64,000 nt of DNA from an uncultured delta proteobacterium (GCA_963804165.1 CAWDPO010000037.1:32001-96000), one strand, 5' to 3'; positions 21,892 to 31,526 are shown, numbered from the stretch's first letter. Program-made: numbers and translations. Notes: generated by a model not told the origin, from the letters alone.

Positions 21892-22905
21892 ATGTGGACG
21901 TTGGGCAGGCCTCACAATGCGAGTTTTTCAACCGATCGAAAGGTGACGGTCTGCGGTCTTTGTGCGTTGGCGATCCTGGCTCTGCTGGCGCAATTTGCCT
22001 CCGCAGCTGAGGTCATGATCGCGTTACCGACGAAAAGTTTTCAGCAGATTATTTTTCCCCTGGCGCTGGAGCGCGGCTACATGAAGGAAGAGGGCATCGA
22101 TCTCAAGATCACCTTCATGGAGCCCACGCCGAGCATCCAAGCCCTGGTCGCCGATAGCATTCAACTCACAGCTTCCGGCGGTAGCGCGTTGGTTGCCATT
22201 GCCAGGGGCGGCATACCGGCGAAAGTTGTGCTCGCCGTAAACGACCGGGTGCACCAGTGGATTCTCAGCCGGCCGAACATCACTAGCATCAAGGATTTGA
22301 AAGGCAGGAAAATCGCCACTACCGGCGTCGCTTCGGTGGCGACGTTCATGTTTAAAAACCTCTTGCCGAAGTATGGCATCGACGGTACCAAAGACGTCGT
22401 CTTTACCGATCCCGGGGTCGGCAATCAAGCTGTGGCGCTGATATCGGGAGCGGTGGACGCCGCTATTGTCAGCGTGGAGCAGCGCTATGCCGGCATCGAT
22501 AACGGCATGAAGGAGCTCATGTATCTTGGCAACGAGGTTAAAAACTCCTGGGGTACAACCGCGGCCTCGGAGAAATTCATGAAGGAGCAGTCAAAGCTAA
22601 TGGCCGGTTTCACGCGTGCGACGCTCAAAGCGCTGCGTTTGATACGCAAGGACCGTGACGGAACGATCGCCGCGTATGTTAAGTTCTCTGGATTGTCTGT
22701 GGCGACTGTGGCGCGTCTATACGACGATTTGATCGGTACCTTCACTGCCAACGGCGCAGTCAACGAAGACACACAGAAGAACGACCTGGCGGTCATCCGG
22801 CAGGTGCTCGATGCCAAAGAGACTCTCGCGCCGGGGCGCGCGTTCGACTTCAGTTTCGCGTTGGAGGCCGACCGCCAGTTGAGCAAGAGTGGCTGGAAGC
22901 CATAG
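21892..22905 (+). CDS. ABC-type substrate-binding protein (NMT1/SsuA family)
   Basis: Signal peptide; RGYMKEEGIDLKI, DLKGRKIA, ALISGAVDAA. Confidence 0.9.
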   Translation: MWTLGRPHNASFSTDRKVTVCGLCALAILALLAQFASAAEVMIALPTKSFQQIIFPLALERGYMKEEGIDLKITFMEPTPSIQALVADSIQLTASGGSALVAIARGGIPAKVVLAVNDRVHQWILSRPNITSIKDLKGRKIATTGVASVATFMFKNLLPKYGIDGTKDVVFTDPGVGNQAVALISGAVDAAIVSVEQRYAGIDNGMKELMYLGNEVKNSWGTTAASEKFMKEQSKLMAGFTRATLKALRLIRKDRDGTIAAYVKFSGLSVATVARLYDDLIGTFTANGAVNEDTQKNDLAVIRQVLDAKETLAPGRAFDFSFALEADRQLSKSGWKP

Positions 22906-22911
22906 AAGCAA

Positions 22912-22953
22912 TTGGGGTGGTGTGTTGGTGTGATGGAGGAATGGAGTGTTGGG
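22912..22953. repeat. Degenerate 8-bp tandem repeat
   Basis: gtgtgttg gtgtgatg gaggaatg gagtgttg units in the intergenic gap. Confidence 0.6.
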
Positions 22954-23009
22954 GCCGATTTGGTACATTTGGATTTATTCAATTAAGATCATTTTGAAGG
23001 AGGATTTAT

Positions 23010-24104
23010 ATGGCAGGGATAATCGATGCGGATACGCATATAGCGGAAGGCGAAGCGATGTGGGCGATGATGGACAAGGAAATGTACCCCCGCCGGCCGG
23101 TGTTGCTCAAATGTCCTGACGATACGCTTTACGGCCCGCGCAACGCGTTTTGGTTGATCGACGGTAATATTTTCCCCAAACCCAACGGCAAGGGCAGTTT
23201 TCGTCTGATCACTCCTTCGGCAACAAAGCTGGAAACGGCGCGCGGCGATATTCACCTCCCATATCGTGAGATGACGGATATTCCTGGCCGGCTGAACGAC
23301 ATGGATAAGTTAGGTGTACAGACGCAGGTGGTGTTTCCGACGCTGTTCTTGATTTACATCACCGATGACACCGTTTTGGACGTCGCGATGGCGCGCGCCT
23401 ACAATCGATTTCTCGCCCAGGCCTGCGCTAAATCCGGCGGCCGGATGAAATGGGTCGTGGTGCCGCCGTTGCATTCAGTGGAAGAGTCGGTGAAAGAAAT
23501 CAAATGGGGCAAAGACAACGGCGCGGTGGGAGTTTTCTTTCGCGGCATCGAGGGGCAACGGACGTTGGATAACCCTTACTTCAACCCGATCTACCAGGCA
23601 GCGAGCGATACGGATCTGCCGATCCTTATTCACACCGGCGCGGGATGTCCGCTGTTCTTGAATCTCTTCGATGTCGAGCGAAACCACACTTTCGGTCACA
23701 GCCGCGTGCAGCCGCTGTTCGCGTTCCGCGACCTGATCGCCAATAAAATTCCAGAACAGTTTCCGCGTCTAAGATTCGGTTTCATCGAAGCTTCGGCGGG
23801 TTGGGTGCCGTTTATGATGCATATTGTGAAAAGACTGTTCCGCGAGAAGTGGAAATTCTCCTCGGACAAAGACATGTTTCGCGAATACCGAATTTTTGTC
23901 GCCTGCGAAGCGGACGAGGACGTCAAGTATATTTCCGAATATACAGGTGAAGATCACTTGATCATCGGCTCGGACTACGGTCATCAAGATCCGTCCGAAG
24001 AGCGCCAGCTCGTCGCCGCCATGCGCGCGCGCGAAGACATTCCACCGGCGCTCACGGATAAAATATTCTTCGACAATCCGAAGCTTCTCTATCCGCTTAA
24101 CTGA
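23010..24104 (+). CDS. Amidohydrolase_2 family metal-dependent hydrolase/decarboxylase
   Basis: IDADTH, LPILIHTG, FPRLRFGFIEA, IIGSDYGHQD. Confidence 0.92.
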   Translation: MAGIIDADTHIAEGEAMWAMMDKEMYPRRPVLLKCPDDTLYGPRNAFWLIDGNIFPKPNGKGSFRLITPSATKLETARGDIHLPYREMTDIPGRLNDMDKLGVQTQVVFPTLFLIYITDDTVLDVAMARAYNRFLAQACAKSGGRMKWVVVPPLHSVEESVKEIKWGKDNGAVGVFFRGIEGQRTLDNPYFNPIYQAASDTDLPILIHTGAGCPLFLNLFDVERNHTFGHSRVQPLFAFRDLIANKIPEQFPRLRFGFIEASAGWVPFMMHIVKRLFREKWKFSSDKDMFREYRIFVACEADEDVKYISEYTGEDHLIIGSDYGHQDPSEERQLVAAMRAREDIPPALTDKIFFDNPKLLYPLN

Positions 24105-24204
24105 GACTCATGCGACACGTTCTCTATCTCATCTATTTTTTCTGACCCCTCTCCCTCGTCATGAGGGAAGGGTGAGGGTGTGAAGCACAGAGTGGAGAAC
24201 TCCG

Positions 24205-25221
24205 ATGAAAAAATCGCTGGTTGAATCACGGTTCCCGCAACCGTCGGGTCAAATCTCGGTCATCGTCATAATTCTATTTTTGCTCTTGCTCGACCAGAAT
24301 TTCGGAATCGCTCAGTCACTTCAGACCATCAACATGGCGGTCCCGGCGAAAAGCTTCCAGATGGTGCTCTATCCCGTCGCTCAACAGAAGGGCTACATGA
24401 AGGAAGAAGGGCTCGATCAAAGGGTGATCTTCGTGGCGCCGACAACGAGCATCCAGGCGATGCTCGGCGGCGATATTCAGTTCACCGGCGCAGGCACGAG
24501 CGCGCTGGTGAGCATCGCTCGGGGGAGTGCGCCGCTAAAAGTAGTGGCCGCGACCAACGATCGGGTTCTTCAATGGCTGGTCACCCGCCCTGAGATCACC
24601 AGTCCTAAAGAGCTCAAGGGCAAGAAAATCGCCACCACCGGCGTCGGCGCCGTCGCAACCTTTATGGTGAAACAGGTCCTGACCAAGCACGGCCTGGATG
24701 GCAACAAAGACGTGACGTATCTCGACGTCGGGCAAGGGAATCAGCTTGCGGCGCTCCTTGGCGGTGGATTCGACGCGGCGGTACTGAGCGTCGAGCAGCG
24801 CTACGTGGCAATGGATAAAGGCATGCGCGAAATGTTTTTCATGGGCAACGAGGTGAAAAACTCATGGGGAACCCTCGCGACCACGGACAAGCTCATTAAG
24901 GAAAACCCGAAGATGGTTGGCGGCTTCGTGCGTGCGACGATCAAGGCATTGCGCTATCTGCGCCAGGACAAGGAGGGCACGATCTCCGCCATGGTTAAAT
25001 TCTCCGGCGTCTCGCGCCAGCAATCTACCCGTGTCTATGACGACATTATCGGCACCTTCACGCGCAGCGGCGTCGTCGACGATGAAACACAAAGAAACGA
25101 TCTCGCGATTATTCGCCAAGTCGTCAGCGGGAATGAAACCGTGGCTAACAACAAAGCCTACGATTTCAGCTTTGCCGTCGACGCCGATCAACAGTTGAAT
25201 AAGACCGGGTGGAAGCCATAG
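24205..25221 (+). CDS. ABC-type substrate-binding protein (NMT1/SsuA family)
   Basis: Signal peptide. Paralog of 21892 (GNEVKNSWGT, C-terminal GWKP). Confidence 0.9.
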   Translation: MKKSLVESRFPQPSGQISVIVIILFLLLLDQNFGIAQSLQTINMAVPAKSFQMVLYPVAQQKGYMKEEGLDQRVIFVAPTTSIQAMLGGDIQFTGAGTSALVSIARGSAPLKVVAATNDRVLQWLVTRPEITSPKELKGKKIATTGVGAVATFMVKQVLTKHGLDGNKDVTYLDVGQGNQLAALLGGGFDAAVLSVEQRYVAMDKGMREMFFMGNEVKNSWGTLATTDKLIKENPKMVGGFVRATIKALRYLRQDKEGTISAMVKFSGVSRQQSTRVYDDIIGTFTRSGVVDDETQRNDLAIIRQVVSGNETVANNKAYDFSFAVDADQQLNKTGWKP

Positions 25222-25274
25222 TTTTGCGCATGGAAGTGCGGTCCAGACTCCAACCGGCTATAGGAGAGACGAGG

Positions 25275-26030
25275 ATGGAGCAGGAGATTAATCAGAAAAA
25301 GCTAGCCGTGCTGATCGACGCGGAAAATACTCAAGCCTCGATCATTGATGCCTTGTTGGCAGAAATAGCAAAATACGGCATTGCGAGCGTCAGGCGCATC
25401 TACGGCGACTGGACCACGACTTTGTTAAGAGGGTGGAAGGATGTTCTGTTGGAACATGCCGTCCAGCCGATTCAACAATTTCGCTATACCGTCGGAAAGA
25501 ACGCTAGCGATAGTGCGTTGATCATTGATGCAATGGACTTGCTTTATACGGAGAAAATGGATGGCTTCTGTATCGTTTCGAGCGATAGTGACTTTACGCG
25601 TTTGGCATCGCGGATTCGAGAGGCGGGTCTGGCCGTGTATGGTTTTGGTGAAAAAAAGACTCCCAAAGCATTTGTCGGAGCTTGCGATAAGTTTGTCTAT
25701 ACCGAGATACTTCGGGAGGATGAGCCGGCCGGCTCCCCAACAAAGAAAACCACTACGGACCTGAACCAGGATACGACGCTAGTTAATCTTTTGAAAAACG
25801 CCGTTGAACACTCTGCGAGTGAAGATGGCTGGGCGTATTTAGGGCAGATTGGACAACACATCGCAAAGCAGGCTCCGGAGTTTGATCCCCGCAACTATGG
25901 ATACAAGAAACTTGGCGACTTGGTTAGAGTCACTCAACTTTTCGAAATAGATGAACGGCGTTCTCCCGACTCTCCGGGGATATCCATATACGTGCGGGAT
26001 AAACGCAAGAAATTGGCAACTGGAGTTTAA
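25275..26030 (+). CDS. NYN-domain RNase with C-terminal OST-HTH/LOTUS domain
   Basis: AVLIDAEN, RIYGDW, GKNASDSALIIDAMDLL, VSSDSDFTRL; C-terminal DGWAYLG...FDPRNYGYKKL. Confidence 0.93.
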   Translation: MEQEINQKKLAVLIDAENTQASIIDALLAEIAKYGIASVRRIYGDWTTTLLRGWKDVLLEHAVQPIQQFRYTVGKNASDSALIIDAMDLLYTEKMDGFCIVSSDSDFTRLASRIREAGLAVYGFGEKKTPKAFVGACDKFVYTEILREDEPAGSPTKKTTTDLNQDTTLVNLLKNAVEHSASEDGWAYLGQIGQHIAKQAPEFDPRNYGYKKLGDLVRVTQLFEIDERRSPDSPGISIYVRDKRKKLATGV

Positions 26031-26117
26031 AGGTTTACGTTTGCCGGCGATTTTTCTGAACGAATCAGAGTGAGATGACGCGCATGATTCGGACACGGTA
26101 GGGCTATTCTAATTTGC

Positions 26118-26200
26118 GTCAGCTCGGTCTTCGCTAACTCCTCGACGAACTTCACCAGACCGGAATGATTGAGATCGCGGTTGCCCATGCTTTTCATGGC
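26118..26200 (-). pseudogene. Orphan diverged copy of the 3' end of garR
   Basis: 83 bp with 13 mismatches (hand alignment) to 28601-28683. Translates as AMKSMGNRDLNHSGLVKFVEELAKTEL versus AMKGMGNGDLDHSGLVKLVEELAKSEL. Confidence 0.88.
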
Positions 26201-26204
26201 CTCT

Positions 26205-27323
26205 TTACGGCCGCCAGCCGGATTGTGTCAATTGGCGGTCGGCGTCGCGGGCGAAGCGGAAGTCGTAGGCCCTCTGAACCGGAATGGTATCGGGAGTCTT
26301 CAAGATCTGCCGGATAACTTCAATGTCGTTGCGCTGAGTTTCTTCGTCGACCATGCCGGTTTGATTAAAGGTGCCGACGAGATCGTCGTACATGCGCGTG
26401 GCGACATTTTTGTCTAGACTCGCGAACTTCATGGCGACCGCGATGGTCGCGTCGCGCTCCTTACGAATGAAGCGCAGCGCCTTCAACGACGCCTTGATCA
26501 TGCCGGCTACGAGCTTCGGCTTTTCTTGAATCAATTGATCGGTCGTCGCCATCGTGCCCCAGGAATTCTTCACTTCATTGCCGATGAACGACAATTCTCG
26601 GAAACCGGCAGGAACACCGATGTAACGTTCCGCCGTGGATGCGACGACGCCGTCGACCGCACCCGCCATCAAAGCGCGCACGCCGTTGCTGCCGCCGCCG
26701 GTGTTGATGAAATTAATATCCCGATCGGGATCGATGCCGTGTTTTTGCATGACTTGCTTGGCCATGATCAGGGTCACATTGGCCACGCCGCTGGTGGCGA
26801 CGCGCTTGCCCTTGAGCTCTTTGAGGCTCGTGATTTCCGGTTTGCTCAAAATCCAGGACAGAACTTTATCGTTGGTGGCGAGAATCACTTTGAACGGCGC
26901 GCCGCCTTTCATGACGTTTACCACCGCCATGGTGCCGGCCATGTTAAACTGAAAGCTGCCCGCCATCGTCGCCTGCACACTCAGCTCGGCGCGGGCGAGG
27001 ATCACGCGCAGGTCGATGCCTTCTTCCTGCATATAGCCGCGCTCTTGCGCGATCGGATAGAGGATCATCTGAAAGTTTTTGTTGCTCAGAGCCATGTTGA
27101 CGGTCTCGAGGGCAGCGGCATTGGCGGCGAGTAGTTTGAATGACGCCGCGACAGTGACTAGAGTCCTGAGCCAGAAGTTTTTTGAACCGATCGAAGCATT
27201 AAATTGGCCAATCCCCCCTTTAAAAAAGGGGGGAAGGGGGGATTTTCTCAAGCACACAGATTTCGAAATCCCCCTCAGTCCCCCTTTTTCAAAGGGGGAA
27301 GTGATGATGGAGTTAGCAAACAT
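26205..27323 (-). CDS. ABC-type substrate-binding protein (NMT1/SsuA family) with a palindromic repeat in its 5' region
   Basis: Third paralog (RGYMQEEGIDL, GNEVKNSWGT, SGWRP). Start uncertain (ATG 27323 or TTG 27347). Confidence 0.87.
   Translation of the reverse strand: MFANSIITSPFEKGGLRGISKSVCLRKSPLPPFFKGGIGQFNASIGSKNFWLRTLVTVAASFKLLAANAAALETVNMALSNKNFQMILYPIAQERGYMQEEGIDLRVILARAELSVQATMAGSFQFNMAGTMAVVNVMKGGAPFKVILATNDKVLSWILSKPEITSLKELKGKRVATSGVANVTLIMAKQVMQKHGIDPDRDINFINTGGGSNGVRALMAGAVDGVVASTAERYIGVPAGFRELSFIGNEVKNSWGTMATTDQLIQEKPKLVAGMIKASLKALRFIRKERDATIAVAMKFASLDKNVATRMYDDLVGTFNQTGMVDEETQRNDIEVIRQILKTPDTIPVQRAYDFRFARDADRQLTQSGWRP
27210..27302. repeat. CCCCCTTT..AAAGGGGG palindromic repeat (two hairpin units)
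   Basis: cccccctttaaaaaagggggg ... ggggggatttt ... aaatccccct ... ccccctttttcaaaggggg. Confidence 0.8.
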
Positions 27324-27395
27324 ATTTTCGGGACAAGGTATTCGCAACGGTTATAGTGCATCAATCACTGAGCTGGTCAGTGGCCTGTATTCAAG

Positions 27396-28499
27396 TCAGA
27401 GACCGTACAACCGGCAGGGATTGTCCCGCACCATTTTGTCGACGACGCGTTTCGGTATGGTGGTCAACGAATTGAGCGTCGGCAGCAGGTTGCGTTGTTC
27501 AAAGGGATCGTTGTGGCCGTAATCCGAGCCGATCACCAGATTATCCTCACCGATGCAGTCCACGATGACGGGAAGGTTTTCGCTGGTTTCACAAGCGATA
27601 AAAATGCGAAACTCGCGAAAAAGATCTTGGGTCGAAGAGAATTTCCATTGCTCGCGGAATTGCCTTTTAAAGGAGTGCAACAGATACGGCACCCACGTCG
27701 CATAGGATTCGATGAAGCCGATTCTGAGCTTGGGAAACTTTTCAGGGATCCTGTTGTTGACGATGTCATTAAAGGCGAACAGCGGCAGGATCGCCGAGTG
27801 AGACCACTGGCGATTGCGCTCCAGGTCGAAGAAGTTGATGAGCGTCGGGCAACCCGAGCCTTGATGAACGCAGATCGGCAGATCGAGATCGCTCGCTTCC
27901 TGATAGACCGGGAAAAAGTACGGATCATCCAGCGTTCGAGTGCCCTCGATGCCGCGAAAAAAAACTCCCACCGCGCCATGTTCTTTTGCCCAACGCAATT
28001 CTTTGAGCGACTCTTCAATGGAGTGGAGCGGTGGAATCACCACCCATTTCAAGCGATCGTTTCCTTTCGCGCACGCCTCGGCCATCCAACGGTTGTAGGC
28101 GCGGCACAACGCGACCTCAAGAGCGACGTCGTCAGTTAAGTAAATTAAAAATAGCGTCGGGTAAATCACCTGTACGTCGAAACCAGACTTGTCCATGTCG
28201 CGCAAACGCGCTTCGGGGTCGGTGATCTCCCGACAACCGGTGCTGATGTCCGTGCGGGTTTGCTGTTTCTTCGCCGCTGACGGCGTGATCAGCGCGAAGC
28301 CGCCTTTGCCGGCAGGCTTGGGGAAAATATTGCCGTCGATCAGCCACATGGCGTTTCGGTCGCCATAGAGAGTATTCTCCGGCACGGATATCAACACCGG
28401 CCGGCGGTGATACATCTCACGCTCGAAATGCTCCCACATCTGGTCATTCTCGGAAACGTGGGTATCGGCGTCGACGAGTTTGGCGGCGGTTCCAGACAT
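27396..28499 (-). CDS. Amidohydrolase_2 family protein (paralog of 23010)
   Basis: VDADTH, shared WLIDGNIFPKP and LITPSA, LPICVHQG, VIGSDYGHND. Confidence 0.92.
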   Translation of the reverse strand: MSGTAAKLVDADTHVSENDQMWEHFEREMYHRRPVLISVPENTLYGDRNAMWLIDGNIFPKPAGKGGFALITPSAAKKQQTRTDISTGCREITDPEARLRDMDKSGFDVQVIYPTLFLIYLTDDVALEVALCRAYNRWMAEACAKGNDRLKWVVIPPLHSIEESLKELRWAKEHGAVGVFFRGIEGTRTLDDPYFFPVYQEASDLDLPICVHQGSGCPTLINFFDLERNRQWSHSAILPLFAFNDIVNNRIPEKFPKLRIGFIESYATWVPYLLHSFKRQFREQWKFSSTQDLFREFRIFIACETSENLPVIVDCIGEDNLVIGSDYGHNDPFEQRNLLPTLNSLTTIPKRVVDKMVRDNPCRLYGL

Positions 28500-28587
28500 A
28501 AGTTCCTCCAGTGCGTGGGTCGTTTTGCGGCCAAGCTAGTCGAGTGGGGACAAGCTTGTCAATCTTGCGAGGGCGGCGTTACTGGTT

Positions 28588-29487
28588 TCATGGTTTCGCA
28601 GTCAATTCAGACTTCGCCAACTCCTCTACGAGCTTGACCAAACCGGAATGATCGAGGTCGCCGTTGCCCATGCCTTTCATGGCGGTCATCATCTGACCGA
28701 CGACGCCGGTCACCATTAATGGCACGCCATACTCCGACCCCGTCGCCAGCGCGATCTTCATGTCTTTTTCGTGCAAGCGAATGCGAAAGCCAGGTTTGAA
28801 ATTGCGATCGAGCATCTTCTGCCCATGCGCTTCAAGTATTTTTGATTGTGCAAAGCCGCCCAACAACGCTTCGCGCACTTTCGCCGGATCGACGCCGGCT
28901 TTCTTGGCTAGCACCAAAGCTTCGCTGACGATCGCGATGGTCGTGCCGACGACCATTTGATTGGCGGCTTTCGTCACCTGGCCGGCGCCGGCTTCGCCGA
29001 CGTGTACAATATTCTTTCCGAGCGCCTGAAAGATCGGCATCGCCCTTTCCACGCCCGACGCCTTGCCGCCGATCATGATCGACAAGGACGCGCCGATCGC
29101 GCCGGCTTCGCCGCCGCTTACCGGCGCGTCGAGCATGTCGCAGCCGCGCTTCTCGGCCTCGGCCGCGAGCTTGCGCGCCACGATCGGTGAGATGCTCGAC
29201 ATGTCGACCAGTAACGTGCCGGATTTTAAGTTGGAGAAGATTCCCTGCTCGCCGGCGTAGACGAGTTCGACATCGGGAGAATCAGGCAGCATAGTAATTA
29301 TGACTTCGCTGCGTGCGGCGACTTCTTGGGAATTGGCTGCAGACTGCGCGCCTTCTTTGCTCAGTTCATCCATCGCCGCGCGGCTGCGGTTGTGAACGAC
29401 CAACGTATATCCGGCCTTCAGTAAATTTCGCGCCATGGGTTTGCCCATGATGCCGAGACCGATGAACCCGATGACTGGATTACTCAT
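28588..29487 (-). CDS. garR: 2-hydroxy-3-oxopropionate (tartronate semialdehyde) reductase, GarR/GlxR
   Basis: GFIGLGIMGKPMARNL, DAPVSGG, GAGQVTKAANQ, FKPGFRIRLHEKD. Confidence 0.88.
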   Translation of the reverse strand: MSNPVIGFIGLGIMGKPMARNLLKAGYTLVVHNRSRAAMDELSKEGAQSAANSQEVAARSEVIITMLPDSPDVELVYAGEQGIFSNLKSGTLLVDMSSISPIVARKLAAEAEKRGCDMLDAPVSGGEAGAIGASLSIMIGGKASGVERAMPIFQALGKNIVHVGEAGAGQVTKAANQMVVGTTIAIVSEALVLAKKAGVDPAKVREALLGGFAQSKILEAHGQKMLDRNFKPGFRIRLHEKDMKIALATGSEYGVPLMVTGVVGQMMTAMKGMGNGDLDHSGLVKLVEELAKSELTAKP

Positions 29488-29509
29488 CTTAACGTCTCCG
29501 TCCTTAGTT

Positions 29510-29911
29510 TTATTGATGCTCGGCTCGCCATGTGAACAACGTCCAAAGAAAGCTGCCGAAATCCTGTATCGAAAAAATAAGAGCCAGTGGTCCGGGAATA
29601 ATGTTCAGATACCAAAGGATCGCCATTGCAAAGGGCACCAGCGGCCGATCGAGCATCGAGGCGAAAACAAATCCTTCCGCGTTCAAGCGTCCGCTGGCGA
29701 TATAGAGCATGCCGAGTCCGCTCACGAGCAGCCCGACGAGTCGATAATAGTTTGCGCTTTGTTCGGAGAGCGGCGGTATGCCGATCAGAGAAGCCGAGAA
29801 ATGCGGCGCGAATAGCACGATGGTTCCCTCGATCAGAATCAACCAGCCGAAAACCTCTACGGTCTTGGCTGAGCGGCTTTGCCCTTCGGCGCTGAGTAAA
29901 CGGTGGAACAT
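29510..29911 (-). CDS. Hypothetical membrane protein (about 4 TM)
   Basis: 133 aa with several hydrophobic segments, co-oriented just upstream of garR. Confidence 0.7.
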   Translation of the reverse strand: MFHRLLSAEGQSRSAKTVEVFGWLILIEGTIVLFAPHFSASLIGIPPLSEQSANYYRLVGLLVSGLGMLYIASGRLNAEGFVFASMLDRPLVPFAMAILWYLNIIPGPLALIFSIQDFGSFLWTLFTWRAEHQ

Positions 29912-30069
29912 ACAACGACAGCGGTTCCTCTCGATTACGGGTGAGATTTGCTCCGGCTAATGAACCACATATGCAAATGTGTTCGTAAAGGCAAGTTACG
30001 AAATGCCTCGGCGGGGCATGATGAAAGAGTCTTTTCATGGCGATACAAGTTGCGATAAAGTCGCGCATT

Positions 30070-30756
30070 ATGAAGACGACATTATTTAATTGGCTCGGTC
30101 GCGAGTTCGTCGAAATTATTGGCGAGGGAAAGGCCGGGGCGCCGCCGGAGATCGCGGCCAATGAATTGTTCCAGCAATTCGAGGCGGAGCTCAAGTCGCA
30201 CGGTTTGTCACTCGATAACACCGCGCGTATCCGTGTGTGGGGCCGAGATAGGGACGCGCGGACATTGGCGACCGCGGCGCGGTCAAAGACTCTCACCGGT
30301 AATCGCAAGGCGGCAAGCTCGAGCTTCATTTCAAGAGAATGGTTTGATTCAGACGCAACTGCCGGTTTGGAGCTGCTGGCGATGCGACCCATTGGTCCGG
30401 CCGCTGAGCGGCGACCGGTCGACTTCGAGCCGGCGAGAAATTATCTCTGTTATTTGCGTTACGACTCGTGGCTGTTCTACTCAGGCTTCACGTCGGATGT
30501 TCCGACTCTGGACGAACAGGTGCCGGACGTTTTGCGGACTCTCGCCAATGCCTTCGCGGTGTCAGGCGCAAGCTGGAGCAAAGTCGTGAAGCTCTCGATG
30601 TTGCTTGATCGAACTCAGAAACTTGAGACATTGCGCAATCTTCTCGCCCAGGAGCCCCAATCGAACATTCCTGAAGTGGAAGTCATTTTCGTCGACGGCT
30701 TTGCCGGGGAAAAGTATTTGATAGAGATCGAAGCGACGGCGCTGATCAATTGGTAG
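30070..30756 (+). CDS. Tandem RidA/YjgF-like domain protein
   Basis: Two Rid-like repeats: ELKSHGLSLDNTARIRVW...LELLA and LFYSGFT...SGASWSKVVKLSMLL...LIEIEATA. Confidence 0.7.
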   Translation: MKTTLFNWLGREFVEIIGEGKAGAPPEIAANELFQQFEAELKSHGLSLDNTARIRVWGRDRDARTLATAARSKTLTGNRKAASSSFISREWFDSDATAGLELLAMRPIGPAAERRPVDFEPARNYLCYLRYDSWLFYSGFTSDVPTLDEQVPDVLRTLANAFAVSGASWSKVVKLSMLLDRTQKLETLRNLLAQEPQSNIPEVEVIFVDGFAGEKYLIEIEATALINW

Positions 30757-30840
30757 AGTTCAAGGTTCAACGTTCCGGAGTTCAAGGGGCCGAATCGGGA
30801 ATCGCCAAACTTTGAACCTGGAACATTGAGCGCTTAAACC
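30757..30840. repeat. Inverted arrays of 7-bp repeats (ttcaagg / ttgaacc)
   Basis: gttcaaggttcaacgttccggagttcaagg ... ctttgaacctggaacattgagc between convergent genes. Confidence 0.65.
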
Positions 30841-30857
30841 GGCGTAGCCGTCTTCGG

Positions 30858-31526
30858 CTACGAGTATTCCCGGTAGAGTCCGTCGAACTTGCCGAGCTTG
30901 ATGCGCACCATGTACTGGGCGCTTTCGCGCACCAAGCGCTCTTCGCGAGGCGTCTTGACCATGCGGGCAATCAGCTCCGCGGACTGCGCCGTGTGTTCGA
31001 TGTCAGCGACCATGTGGGTGGTGAAAAATATCAGGTCATGATCGCTGAGTCCGTAATGCTTGCGCCCTGCGTTCAAAAACTCTTCCGAGTAGCGGCACAC
31101 CATGCTTTCGCTGGTCATCGCCGACGCGCGATTTTGCGGTGCGATGCCCGTGAGCGTGTTGTAGACCGTGCGCGCGGAATGAATCTGGCATTCAAAAATC
31201 TGCGTCGCCTCGGTGAAGTCTTCTTCTTTGAGCCCCAAGGCAAGGCCGAAGCGTTTCGCCAGGTCCGGATGGGACTGCTCTTCATTGAGCTGGTAAATGA
31301 AATAATCGAACATCGTCTGGTCCTGAGCGTTTTTCACCATGCCCAAGGCGAACGATTTGAGGATCGCCTTGTTATGCAGATAATGCTGGATCGCCCAACC
31401 TTGCATGCGTTTGATCGAGAGCTTGCCGCTGCGTAATTCGGAAAAGTAAGGCGTCTCCATCAAACGTTGTATGCCGGGTTCGATAACTTCTTTCTTAACT
31501 AAGTCAACTAGCGCTTTGCCGTCCAT
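30858..31526 (-). CDS. Heme-oxygenase-like diiron oxidase (TenA/PqqC/CADD fold)
   Basis: AAGGAG RBS before ATG at 31526. Motifs ELRSGKLS, QHYLH, EEQSHPDL, SES, FFTTHMVADIEH. Confidence 0.82.
   Translation of the reverse strand: MDGKALVDLVKKEVIEPGIQRLMETPYFSELRSGKLSIKRMQGWAIQHYLHNKAILKSFALGMVKNAQDQTMFDYFIYQLNEEQSHPDLAKRFGLALGLKEEDFTEATQIFECQIHSARTVYNTLTGIAPQNRASAMTSESMVCRYSEEFLNAGRKHYGLSDHDLIFFTTHMVADIEHTAQSAELIARMVKTPREERLVRESAQYMVRIKLGKFDGLYREYS

Noticed and set aside
30037-30054. Second sigma54 promoter (TGGCGATACAAGTTGC)
   Set aside because: The GG-to-GC spacing is one base too long for the strict -24/-12 geometry.
29484-30392. Long alternative ORFs such as 29484-30392, 39138-39923, 52722-53504 and 10068-10763
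   Set aside because: They are antisense or off-frame shadows of well-supported genes, expected in GC-rich DNA, and have no recognisable motifs.
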